Shown: positions 55,921-64,000 of the stretch, piece after piece | Layout: each line of letters starts with the position of its first letter | Position numbering within the stretch: position 1 is the stretch's first letter | DNA from: an uncultured Acidobacteriota bacterium | Lineage (GTDB): Bacteria > Acidobacteriota > Thermoanaerobaculia > UBA5066 > Gp7-AA6 | Reading direction: 5' to 3' | Length of the DNA stretch: 64,000 nt | Assembly (NCBI GenBank): GCA_963764715.1 | Contig: CAVXTP010000014.1 | Span: 160,001 to 224,000, forward strand | Translations under genes and position numbers: made by a program | Notes under the pieces: model-generated | Database searches by the model: none | What the model saw: the letters and a program-made list of their open reading frames with translations, nothing else | Told to the model about the DNA's origin: nothing

Positions 55921-57903
55921 CTACTCGATGTTCTTGATCGCCCGCTCGGCCGACCAGCGAACGCGCGGCATCTTCGCGAGCTCCTTCAGCAGCGGCAGCG
56001 CCTTCGTCGCGGCCGGCTTGCCGATCTCGCCGAGCGCCGCCGCGCAGGCGCGCAGCACGTGGATCTGCTCGTCCTTGACGGAGCAGGCCGCCATGAGCTC
56101 CGGCACGGCCGGCGCCGCGCCCTTGCCGATCGCCCCGATCGCGTTGCCAGCCATCATGCGCACGTTGGCGTCCGGGTCCTTCAACGCCTTCGTGAGGGCC
56201 GGGAGGGCCGGCTGGGCGTTCGGGCCCTCCTTCACCAGGGCCATCGCCGCGAGTCCCCGCGTGACGGGGTCGGGGTCCGACAGCGCCTTCGCGAGGTCCG
56301 CGACGCTGCCCGAAGGCTGCCGCGGCTCCTGGATTTTCGCGGCCGCCGCCCACGCGGCCGGGCCGGTCTTCGCGAGCACGATGTCGTCGACGCCGACGAC
56401 GTAACCGCTCGAGTCCTCGCGCTTGCCGAGGCACTGGAAGGTCAGCGTGTGGCGGCCCTTCGTCAGACGCGGCCAGCCCACCTGGTAGTCCGCGCCGACG
56501 TAGGTCTCGAGCGCGTAGCCGTCGAACTGCACCTGCGGCCGGACGTCGGCGCCGGGCTCGTGCTCGAGGACCGGGGCGACCGGGGGCTTCCCGTCGAGGA
56601 GCACCGTGTAGACGCCGTAGTCCGAGCCCTTCGCCATCTGGGCGTAGACCTCGTAGTCGCCGTCTTCCGGCACGTCGAACGGGATCGTGACGCTCGACCC
56701 GGGTCCCTGCCCCTCGAAAACGACGACGTCCTTGGACCAGAAGAGGTCCGGGAAGACCGAGACCTTGCCCTTCTCCGTCTTGATCTTGGGCATCGACCGC
56801 TCGACCTCGATCTGCAGGGCGTTGCCCTGGGGGAGCCGCGCCGCTCCGTAGGGGACGGGCGGCTGGTCGAGGGCGATCCCCTGCTGGTACCAGAACGCGA
56901 CGCTCGACATCAGGTCGACGCGCTCGCCGAAGCCCGATTTCACGGCGCCGTCGGCGTTGAAGGTCCAGCCCTTGTGCTCGATCTCGGCCTTCAGCGACTT
57001 CTCGTAGGGAATCGGATCGACCAGGTGCCAGCGGTACGCCGTCATGCGCGAGCCGAGGCCCGTGCCCTCGGCCACGGTCACGCCGTAGTAAGGCGCGTCG
57101 TTGACGTGCAGGCCCCAGGCGTCGTTGAAGTAATCCTCGCTGCCGGTGCCCTCGATCGACGGCTTCGGCGCGCCGTCGACCCAGAAGAAGTCGTCGCCCT
57201 CGCCGAACCAGCCGGCCTCGGCCTGGACGACCGACATGACCGTGCCGACGTAGTGGCCCTTGCCCTTCGACTCGAGGAAGACGTAGTTCGAGCCGTCGGC
57301 CGGCGCCGGCATGGACTGCCGGTAGCGGGCGTGGAAGTACATCGTGTTCTCGGGAAGCGAGGGCATCTTCTCCCAGTCGACGTGGTAGTAGAGGTTCGCG
57401 ACGCGCCGGCGGCCCTCGTTCGTCACCGTGATCCGGCAGGACTTCTTGAAGGGCATCGGCCAGTAGCTGTTGCGCGCGCGGCCGTCGGAGCTGTTGACGA
57501 CCATGAGCGACTTGACCTTGGCCTCGAAGCCGTGGCCCACCGCGAAGAAGTCGCCGATCGGCGCGTCGACGCTCGGCACCGGGCTCCCGTCGTAGTAGAC
57601 GCGCAGGCGCAGGAGCTTCGGCCAGCCGTACTCGTTGTCGGCGATCGTGACCCAGATGTGCGTGACGACGCCGGGCCCCTGGAGGTCGGCGAGTACGGTC
57701 GTCTCGCCGGGGATGGGCCGCTTGCTGTCGTCGTTGGAGTTCCAGTCCTCGTTGTTGGACGAGGACCGGAAGGCCGCGAAGTTCTTGGGCTCCGTCAGCC
57801 GGAAGGGATCGGGCAGCCCGGGGTTGATGCCCTGGGAGAGCGCCGGCAGGGCGCCCGCGCAGAGCGCCGCGGCGAGGATTCCGAGCGTCCGGGAGGTCTT
57901 CAT
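55921..57903 (-). CDS. DUF2961 (GH172-like) protein with C-terminal beta-sandwich and HEAT repeats
   Basis: GPGVVTHIW, PSVDAPIGDFF, NSYWPMPF, WFGEGD, GTGSEDYF, YRWH..DPI; C-terminal LSDPD..TR..AA / LKDPDANVR HEAT repeats. Confidence 0.85.
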   Translation of the reverse strand: MKTSRTLGILAAALCAGALPALSQGINPGLPDPFRLTEPKNFAAFRSSSNNEDWNSNDDSKRPIPGETTVLADLQGPGVVTHIWVTIADNEYGWPKLLRLRVYYDGSPVPSVDAPIGDFFAVGHGFEAKVKSLMVVNSSDGRARNSYWPMPFKKSCRITVTNEGRRRVANLYYHVDWEKMPSLPENTMYFHARYRQSMPAPADGSNYVFLESKGKGHYVGTVMSVVQAEAGWFGEGDDFFWVDGAPKPSIEGTGSEDYFNDAWGLHVNDAPYYGVTVAEGTGLGSRMTAYRWHLVDPIPYEKSLKAEIEHKGWTFNADGAVKSGFGERVDLMSSVAFWYQQGIALDQPPVPYGAARLPQGNALQIEVERSMPKIKTEKGKVSVFPDLFWSKDVVVFEGQGPGSSVTIPFDVPEDGDYEVYAQMAKGSDYGVYTVLLDGKPPVAPVLEHEPGADVRPQVQFDGYALETYVGADYQVGWPRLTKGRHTLTFQCLGKREDSSGYVVGVDDIVLAKTGPAAWAAAAKIQEPRQPSGSVADLAKALSDPDPVTRGLAAMALVKEGPNAQPALPALTKALKDPDANVRMMAGNAIGAIGKGAAPAVPELMAACSVKDEQIHVLRACAAALGEIGKPAATKALPLLKELAKMPRVRWSAERAIKNIE

Positions 57904-57945
57904 GGCCTGACTCCTTCGTGTTTCAAGGCTGCGCCGGTTCGTGTT

Positions 57946-60735
57946 TCAGGGTTGCGCCGGCGGAAGCGCGCTCCAGTTCAGGATCCCGTTCCACAGAAAG
58001 CGGTAGTCGGAATGGTTGAGGTCCCGGTGCATCGGGTTGAAGTTGAACGCGAGCACCCGGCCCTTGCCCGCGGGGAGATCGAGGATGGCCGGCTGGCCCT
58101 CGAGGTCGTCGCCCTTCTTCACGCCGCCGGAGACGACGAAGGCCGGGTCCGTGTCCTTCTTCTCGCCCGCGGCCGCCGGCGCGTCGGGGTCCCGCTCGCG
58201 CTTGGGGAGCTTGGTCCCCCACTGCAGGACCACGAAGCGCTGGTACTCCGGCCGGACCGCGTAGATCGGCAGCTCCGTGCGGAACGCCGACGTCAGGGCC
58301 GGGTAGCCGTAGGCGAGCGGATGGTCCGTGCGCAGGAACTTGACCGTCAGCTCGACGCCGTGGGTCTCGACGGAGGTCCCGCTCCGGTTGACGTTGCGGG
58401 CGAGGCCGCCCTCGAGCGCGAGGGCCGAGCCGTTGCCGAGCGTGATCAGGAGGCCGCCGCGATCCAGATAGTCCTGGAGGTTCGCCATCCCCTTCCAGCC
58501 GATTCCCCCGGTGATGTCCTCGGAAGCGTCCGGCTCGCCGTGGCTCACGAACTCCGGGGTCTTGGTGTACGGCATCGGCCCCCACTTCGTGTCGATGCCG
58601 AGGATCTGGCCCTTGAGGTTCTCGTAGGTGTTGCCGTAGAGGATGACGTCGTACCGATCGCGCAGATGGCCGGCGCGGACCTCGTCGTCGCGGATGTAGT
58701 CGTACGGGATCTTTTCCCGGTCGAGCGCGAGCCGAAGCCACCCCACCGATTCCGTGTCGGTCCAGAGGTGCCAGACGGCGACGCGCGGGATGGGCGCGTC
58801 GTGCAGGGCGACCCGGGGCGCGGCGGCGGCGCCGTCGAAGTCGAGGCCGAGCTCCTTCGCGACGGCCTCGACGGCCGGGCCGAGCCCCTCCTGCGCCGGG
58901 AGGAACCAGGAGCCGGCCGGGTACGTCGCGCTCCCGACGTTGAAGCTCGTCTCGGCGATCGAGACCCTGAACCGCGCGAGCCGGAAGCGCGCCGCGAGCA
59001 GGGCCTCCTGCCCGGTGTCCTTGAGGAGGTAGGCCGGCCCGGATCCCGCCACGCGGCCCGTCACCTCCGGCGGCGCGGTCAGCTTCTCGACGGCGGCCGA
59101 CTTGATCTTGACGTCGTCGACCTTCGTCGCCGTCAGCCCGTAGTGCACGCTCAGCGCCCACGAGACGTCGTCGTAGGGCTCGTACGGCGTCTCGGTGGGG
59201 AACTTCTGCGGCTCCAGCAGGTCGACGGCGTAGTTGCGGTAGGGCTGGTCGAGGAGGACGACGAAGTCGCCCTTCGCGAACGCACCCTCCTTGACCGTGA
59301 CGGCCTCGGTCAGCCGCGCGACCTCGATCCGGTGCCCGCGCAGGATCTCGACGAGCTGCGCGACCCGGCGCGGGTCTCCCTGGTTCTGCGGTATGACGAG
59401 GGCGAACGGATTGCCCTTCACGCCCTTCTGCCACGAGTTGTAGCCCTTGCGGTAGAAGTTGCGGAGCATGTCGCGGGCGTTCTTCGCCGACCAGTCGAGG
59501 ATCGCGAGGCAGCCGGTCTCCATGTAGTTCGTGTTGTTGCGGAGCGACCAGCGGAACTTCTTGTCCGGGGGCCAGGGCCGGTACCACTCGCGGTTGGTCA
59601 CGGGGGTGTCGACGTAACGGTTCTCCGACGGCCGCAGCGTCCGTTCCACGGTTTCCGCCGTGCCGTTGCCGAACGTCTCGTAGCCGCGGCCGAGCGAGTT
59701 GTGGTTCGAGGCCACCGAGTCGAGGTAGTGGAGCCCCCACGACTCCCCGAAGCCCCAGGTCCAGACCCCCGGCATGCCGAGCGACGTCAGGCTCTGGACC
59801 TCGTGGAAGGACGTCTCGAGCCACTCGGAGATCGCGATCGGGTCGAGGTTGACGTTGTAGGGGCCGGTGCCGTTCCACGTGTGGAGCAGGGGGATCGACT
59901 CGTGCAGGTCGTGCACGACCGTCGGGTGGTAGTCGTAGAACATCCGGTGCACGGCCTGCGTCAGCTGCAGGGCCTTCTGGTGCGTGTCCCGGTTGTTGTC
60001 GTGGAAGACGTAGTGGCCCCAGTACGGCGGCGTCCGCTCGGGCAGGTTCTCCCAGTCGGTCTTGCCCTTGAGGTAGCGGTAGAACCAGTCGACCGCCTTG
60101 TCCCGGCCGTCGGGCTCCGAGACCGGGTTGATGAGGACGACCAGGTTCCTGCGGATGTCGCGGATCATCGGCTGCTCGGAGACGGCCAGCCGGTACGCGA
60201 GCTCCATCACCATCTCGGGGCTGCCGGTCTCGGTCGAGTGGAGGCCGGCGTTGAAATAGTAGATCGGGCGCGCCGTCGCGATGATCTTCTCGGCCGCCTC
60301 GGGGCTCGTGATGCGGGGGTCCGCGAGGGCCGCCGTCGCGGCCTTCAGGCGATCGAGGTTGCGGATCCCCTCCTCGTCGGCGACCGCCACCAGCAGGATC
60401 TCGCGCCCTTCCTCCGACTTTCCGATCACCTCGACCCGCACGCGGGGGGTCGCCTTCGCGAGCGCGCGGAAGTACCCGTAGATCTGGGCCGTGCGCGAGA
60501 GCTCTCCTTCGGCGCCCGCCACGTGTCCGAGGAATTTCGTCGGCGACGGCACCGTCGCCGAGGCCGGAACGTAGGACACCCAGGAGCTCAGGAAGCGCGG
60601 CTCGGTCGTGAACTTCGCGATCGCCTCCGACGAGCCCGGCTCGGCCGCGTCCGGCGAGGTGTCGGCCGCGTGCGCCGCGGCGCTGGCGAGAAAAGCGAGG
60701 CCGAGGCACGCGACCCGCCGACGGAATCGGATCAT
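57946..60735 (-). CDS. M14 family zinc carboxypeptidase, large secreted form
   Basis: HSTE (HxxE), EPDG, DNNRD, HDLHE; probable ATG 60735 with signal peptide. Confidence 0.88.
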   Translation of the reverse strand: MIRFRRRVACLGLAFLASAAAHAADTSPDAAEPGSSEAIAKFTTEPRFLSSWVSYVPASATVPSPTKFLGHVAGAEGELSRTAQIYGYFRALAKATPRVRVEVIGKSEEGREILLVAVADEEGIRNLDRLKAATAALADPRITSPEAAEKIIATARPIYYFNAGLHSTETGSPEMVMELAYRLAVSEQPMIRDIRRNLVVLINPVSEPDGRDKAVDWFYRYLKGKTDWENLPERTPPYWGHYVFHDNNRDTHQKALQLTQAVHRMFYDYHPTVVHDLHESIPLLHTWNGTGPYNVNLDPIAISEWLETSFHEVQSLTSLGMPGVWTWGFGESWGLHYLDSVASNHNSLGRGYETFGNGTAETVERTLRPSENRYVDTPVTNREWYRPWPPDKKFRWSLRNNTNYMETGCLAILDWSAKNARDMLRNFYRKGYNSWQKGVKGNPFALVIPQNQGDPRRVAQLVEILRGHRIEVARLTEAVTVKEGAFAKGDFVVLLDQPYRNYAVDLLEPQKFPTETPYEPYDDVSWALSVHYGLTATKVDDVKIKSAAVEKLTAPPEVTGRVAGSGPAYLLKDTGQEALLAARFRLARFRVSIAETSFNVGSATYPAGSWFLPAQEGLGPAVEAVAKELGLDFDGAAAAPRVALHDAPIPRVAVWHLWTDTESVGWLRLALDREKIPYDYIRDDEVRAGHLRDRYDVILYGNTYENLKGQILGIDTKWGPMPYTKTPEFVSHGEPDASEDITGGIGWKGMANLQDYLDRGGLLITLGNGSALALEGGLARNVNRSGTSVETHGVELTVKFLRTDHPLAYGYPALTSAFRTELPIYAVRPEYQRFVVLQWGTKLPKRERDPDAPAAAGEKKDTDPAFVVSGGVKKGDDLEGQPAILDLPAGKGRVLAFNFNPMHRDLNHSDYRFLWNGILNWSALPPAQP

Positions 60736-60847
60736 CGAGACCCTCCTCACCCACCGAACGCGGCGTCGCGCCGCGGAATAGAAACCCGAAGCCGCCGGTA
60801 ATCTAGCAAGAACTCGGCGATGGCGTATCGACGGGGAGAGGTGGTGG

Positions 60848-61762
60848 GTGAAAAAACTGACAGTCATCGCCGGTCTGGCCCTCGCGGCGCTGCACGGGGC
60901 CTCCCTCCTCGGGCAGGCCCGCGCGCCCGCGGCGACCCCGTCTCCCGCGGCCACTCCGCCGCCCCCGGACCCGGTGCTCGTGGGCGCGGGCGACATCGCG
61001 TCCTGCTCGGAGGAGGGCGACGAGCAGACGGCGGCGCTGCTCGACAAGATCGAGGGCACCGTGTTCACGCTGGGCGACAACGTCTATCCCAACGGCACCG
61101 CCCGCCAGTTCATGGCGTGCTACGACCCGACGTGGGGACGGCACAAGGCGAGGACGCGCCCCGTGCCCGGGAACCACGACTACCGCACGACCGGCGGGGC
61201 CGGCTACTTCGGCTACTTCGGCGGCGCCGCGGGCGACCCCGCGACCGGCAACTACAGCTACGACCTGGGCGCCTGGCACGTCGTCGTCCTGAACAGCAAC
61301 TGCGGCGAGATCGGCGGCTGCGGCCCGGGCTCGCGGCAGGAGCGCTGGCTCAAGGCGGACCTCGCGGCCCATCCGGCGCCGTGCACCGCGGCGATGTGGC
61401 ACCACCCCCGCTTCTCCTCGGCCCAACACGGCGACGACGGCGGCATGCGAAACCTCTGGCGGGTCCTCTACGAGGCCGGGGCGGAGCTCGTGCTCTCGGG
61501 CCACGACCACACCTACGAGCGCTTCGGGCCGCAGGACGCCGACGGCAAGGCCGACCCGGCGCGGGGCATGCGGCAGTTCGTCGTCGGCACCGGGGGCAAG
61601 GAGCTCTACAAGTTCGAACGGATCGAGGCCGACAGCGAGGTCCACAGCAACAAGACCTTCGGGGTCCTCAAGCTGACGCTCCATCCCCGCGGTTACGACT
61701 GGGAGTTCGTCCCCGTCCGGGACGGCGTGTTCCACGACTCCGGCTCGGCCGAGTGCCACTGA
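60848..61762 (+). CDS. Calcineurin-like metallophosphoesterase, secreted
   Basis: GAGDIA, LGDNVY, PGNHDY, WHHP, SGHDH. Confidence 0.92.
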   Translation: MKKLTVIAGLALAALHGASLLGQARAPAATPSPAATPPPPDPVLVGAGDIASCSEEGDEQTAALLDKIEGTVFTLGDNVYPNGTARQFMACYDPTWGRHKARTRPVPGNHDYRTTGGAGYFGYFGGAAGDPATGNYSYDLGAWHVVVLNSNCGEIGGCGPGSRQERWLKADLAAHPAPCTAAMWHHPRFSSAQHGDDGGMRNLWRVLYEAGAELVLSGHDHTYERFGPQDADGKADPARGMRQFVVGTGGKELYKFERIEADSEVHSNKTFGVLKLTLHPRGYDWEFVPVRDGVFHDSGSAECH

Positions 61763-61819
61763 GCGCGGCGCCGCCCGGGGCGCCGGAAGGATAGATTAGG
61801 CGCTCCGGAAGGGGGCGTC

Positions 61820-62083
61820 ATGCACGAGACTCCGGCCGATCCGCACCTGAAGTCCATCCGCCCGGTCAAGCCGAGCGCGAAGGGCTGCGAGGACTGCCTC
61901 AAGATCGGAGGCCGCTGGGTCCACCTTCGCCTCTGCCTGACGTGCGGCCACGTCGGCTGCTGCGACTCCTCGCCGCACCGGCACGCGAGCGCGCACTTCC
62001 GCGCCACGACGCATCCCATCGTCCAGTCCTTCGAGCCCGGCGAGGACTGGCGCTGGTGCTACGTCGACGAGGCGTTTCTCTGA
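61820..62083 (+). CDS. UBP-type zinc finger domain protein
   Basis: CEDC...WVHLRLCLTCGHVGCCDSS..RHA..H....HP...SFEPGE.W.WCY.D. Confidence 0.9.
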   Translation: MHETPADPHLKSIRPVKPSAKGCEDCLKIGGRWVHLRLCLTCGHVGCCDSSPHRHASAHFRATTHPIVQSFEPGEDWRWCYVDEAFL

Positions 62084-62883
62084 ACCGCGCCGCGGCCCCG
62101 GCGGCGGCGCCGCAGGACGCGCGGCACCCCCTCCTCGAGCGGCGGATCGTCGCCGTGCCGCTGTCCTATCTCTTCTGGGCCACGTGCGTCCTGATCGTCA
62201 TCGTCTGGACGCCGCTCGTGGCGGCGATCCGCCTCTTCACCCGCCGCTCCGACCCCAACCGCGACCGCGTCGGCCGCTTCCAGCGCCACTCGGCCGCCCT
62301 CGCCGCCCGGCTCAACCCGTTCTGGGACTTCCGCGCCGTCGACGAGGTCCATCCCGACCCGGGCCGGCCGCACCTCTTCGTCGCGAACCACAAGTCGCTC
62401 GCCGACGTGTTCCTCCTGTGCCTGCTGCCGTGGGAGATGAAGTTCCTCTCGAAGGCCTCGATCTTCAAGATCCCCCTGCTCGGCTGGCAGATGCGGACCT
62501 CGCGGGACATCCCGATCGAGCGGGGCAACCGGGACAGCGCGCGGGAGGCGATCGAGGCGATGCGGGACCGGCTGACGCGCGGGAGCTCCGTCATCGTGTT
62601 TCCCGAGGGAACGCGCAGCCCCGACGGCTCGGTCGCGCCGTTTCGCGAAGGGGCCTTCCGCCTCGCGATCGAGCTCGGCGTCGAGGTCGTCCCGCTCGCC
62701 GTGGCGGGAACCGAGAACACGCTCCCGAAGCACTCGCTCGTCTTCAAGCCGGCGACGGCCACCGTGACGGTCCTCCCGCCGGTATCGGTCGCCGGCCTCG
62801 CGGCGGCCGACGCCCCGCAACTCGCCGAGCGTGTCCGGGGCGCGATCGCGGCGTCGATCGGCGTCCCCGGCGGCCGGACGTGA
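62080..62883 (+). CDS. 1-acyl-sn-glycerol-3-phosphate acyltransferase (PlsC-like); start uncertain (CTG 62080 or GTG 62155)
   Basis: ANHKSLAD (HX4D), K..IF.IP.LG, FPEGTRS, F..GAF. Confidence 0.85.
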   Translation: MNRAAAPAAAPQDARHPLLERRIVAVPLSYLFWATCVLIVIVWTPLVAAIRLFTRRSDPNRDRVGRFQRHSAALAARLNPFWDFRAVDEVHPDPGRPHLFVANHKSLADVFLLCLLPWEMKFLSKASIFKIPLLGWQMRTSRDIPIERGNRDSAREAIEAMRDRLTRGSSVIVFPEGTRSPDGSVAPFREGAFRLAIELGVEVVPLAVAGTENTLPKHSLVFKPATATVTVLPPVSVAGLAAADAPQLAERVRGAIAASIGVPGGRT

Positions 62884-63851
62884 GCCCGGCGCCCGTTCTC
62901 GACCGCGCCCTCGTCGAGCAGGCCCGGCGCGCGATCGCCGGCCGCGTGCGCCGCACGCCGGTCGAGGAGTCCCCCGGCCTCTCGGAGAAGGCCGGCGTCC
63001 CCGTCGTGCTCAAGCTCGAGTGCCTCCAGCTCACCGGCTCGTTCAAGATCCGGGGCGCCGTCTTCGCGCTGGCGCGGCTCGACCCCGCGCAGCGCGCCCG
63101 AGGCATCGTGACCTGCTCGGCCGGCAACCATGGCAAGGCCGTCGCCTGGGTGGCACGCGAGCTCTCCGTCCCGGCCGAGATCCACGTCCCGAAGAGCGTC
63201 GACGAGGCGAAGTACCGCGCCATCGTGGCGCTCGGGGCGCGCGTCCTCCGCTCGGAGTTCGAGGGCTTCGACGAGACCGAGCAGCTGGCGAAAGCCGAGG
63301 CCGCGCGCTCCGGCCGCCCGTACCTGACGGCCTTCGACGACGCCGCGATCCTCGCCGCCAACGGCGGAACGCTCGCCGCCGAAGTCCTCGAGGACGCGCC
63401 GGACGCCCGCACCTTCCTCGTGCCGGTCGGCGGCGCGGGCCTGGCGGGCGGCTTCGCGTACTACGCCAAGAGCGTCCGGCCCGATGCGCGCATCGTGGGG
63501 TGCCAGCACGCCCTGTCGCCCGCGCTCGCCCTCTCGCTCGAGCGGGGCGAGGCCGTGCTGAACCTGCCCCCGGTCGCGACGACAGCCGGCGGCCTCGAGG
63601 GCGGCATCGGGAAGACGGGCTTCGACGTCCTGAAGACGCGGATCGGCGGGGTCGCCCTCCTGACCGAGGAGGAGATCTTCGATGCCGTGCGCTTCATGCT
63701 CGACCGCCACCAGTACCTGGTGGAGCCGTCCTCCGCGGTCACGGTCGCGGCGATTCTCACGGGCAAGGCGGGCCGCATCGACTCGCCCGCCGTCGCCGTC
63801 GTCTCGGGACGAAACGTCGCGCTCGCGACGATCCGGAGGATCCTCGCATGA
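62880..63851 (+). CDS. PLP-dependent threonine/serine dehydratase family protein (EutB/TdcB-like)
   Basis: RRTP, LKLECLQ.TGSFKIRGA, SAGNHG, VPVGGAGL, VEPS, SG.N; GTGA overlap. Confidence 0.88.
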   Translation: MSPAPVLDRALVEQARRAIAGRVRRTPVEESPGLSEKAGVPVVLKLECLQLTGSFKIRGAVFALARLDPAQRARGIVTCSAGNHGKAVAWVARELSVPAEIHVPKSVDEAKYRAIVALGARVLRSEFEGFDETEQLAKAEAARSGRPYLTAFDDAAILAANGGTLAAEVLEDAPDARTFLVPVGGAGLAGGFAYYAKSVRPDARIVGCQHALSPALALSLERGEAVLNLPPVATTAGGLEGGIGKTGFDVLKTRIGGVALLTEEEIFDAVRFMLDRHQYLVEPSSAVTVAAILTGKAGRIDSPAVAVVSGRNVALATIRRILA

Positions 63852-64000
63852 AGATCGTCGGGCCGGAAGAGATCCGCCGCTCGGTCGATTTCGGCCGGGC
63901 GATCGAGGCCATGCGCGAGGCCGTGCTCGCGCAGTCGCGGGGCGACCTCGACACGCCCATGCCGATGCACCTGGATCTCTCGGCGGGCGGCGGCGGCGAG
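63848..64000 (+). CDS. Ornithine cyclodeaminase/mu-crystallin family protein, N-terminus (runs off the window)
   Basis: ATGA overlap; MKIVGPEEIRRSVDFGRAIEAMREAVLAQSRGDLDTPMPMHL resembles OCD N-termini; only ~50 aa visible. Confidence 0.6.
   Translation, partial: MKIVGPEEIRRSVDFGRAIEAMREAVLAQSRGDLDTPMPMHLDLSAGGGGE

Overview
A very GC-rich (roughly 70% by eye), gene-dense bacterial chromosomal segment with about 50 real CDSs; most long ORFs in the track are antisense or off-frame shadows. The gene repertoire suggests Acidobacteriota, probably Thermoanaerobaculia (inference): Cys-containing SLH-like repeats, 'CL..R..V...GLT...YTLTVTDT.TG' C-terminal modules, TolB/TPR Ser/Thr kinases and many secreted peptidases. 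I see no rRNA, tRNA, CRISPR array, integrase or transposase. Housekeeping and accessory content includes amtB (partial), S9/M28/M14 peptidases, egtB-egtD, a PIG-L deacetylase with an Fe3+-type ABC transporter, an Lrp-led EamA/ABM/DinB/cyclase/dapB run, metH, surface proteins, a DUF6036 nucleotidyltransferase pair, two divergent Ser/Thr kinases and a MASE2-kinase/RsbW/RsbV/patatin/RsbU signalling operon. It also carries a CruR-like (DUF2946, CxxC+RAPP) leader upstream of a TonB receptor, a GH172-like protein, plsC-like and dehydratase/cyclodeaminase genes. The best candidate for an undescribed system is a tandemly duplicated two-gene cassette (2640-5947). It looks like a split, secreted, minimal copper amine oxidase: a D2/D3-like subunit plus a catalytic-domain subunit that keeps the three Cu-binding His positions and the cofactor Tyr, but has G-W-Y-R-Y in place of the canonical G-N-Y-D/E-Y. 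Two apparent single-base frameshifts (~8741, ~20274) are probably sequencing errors.
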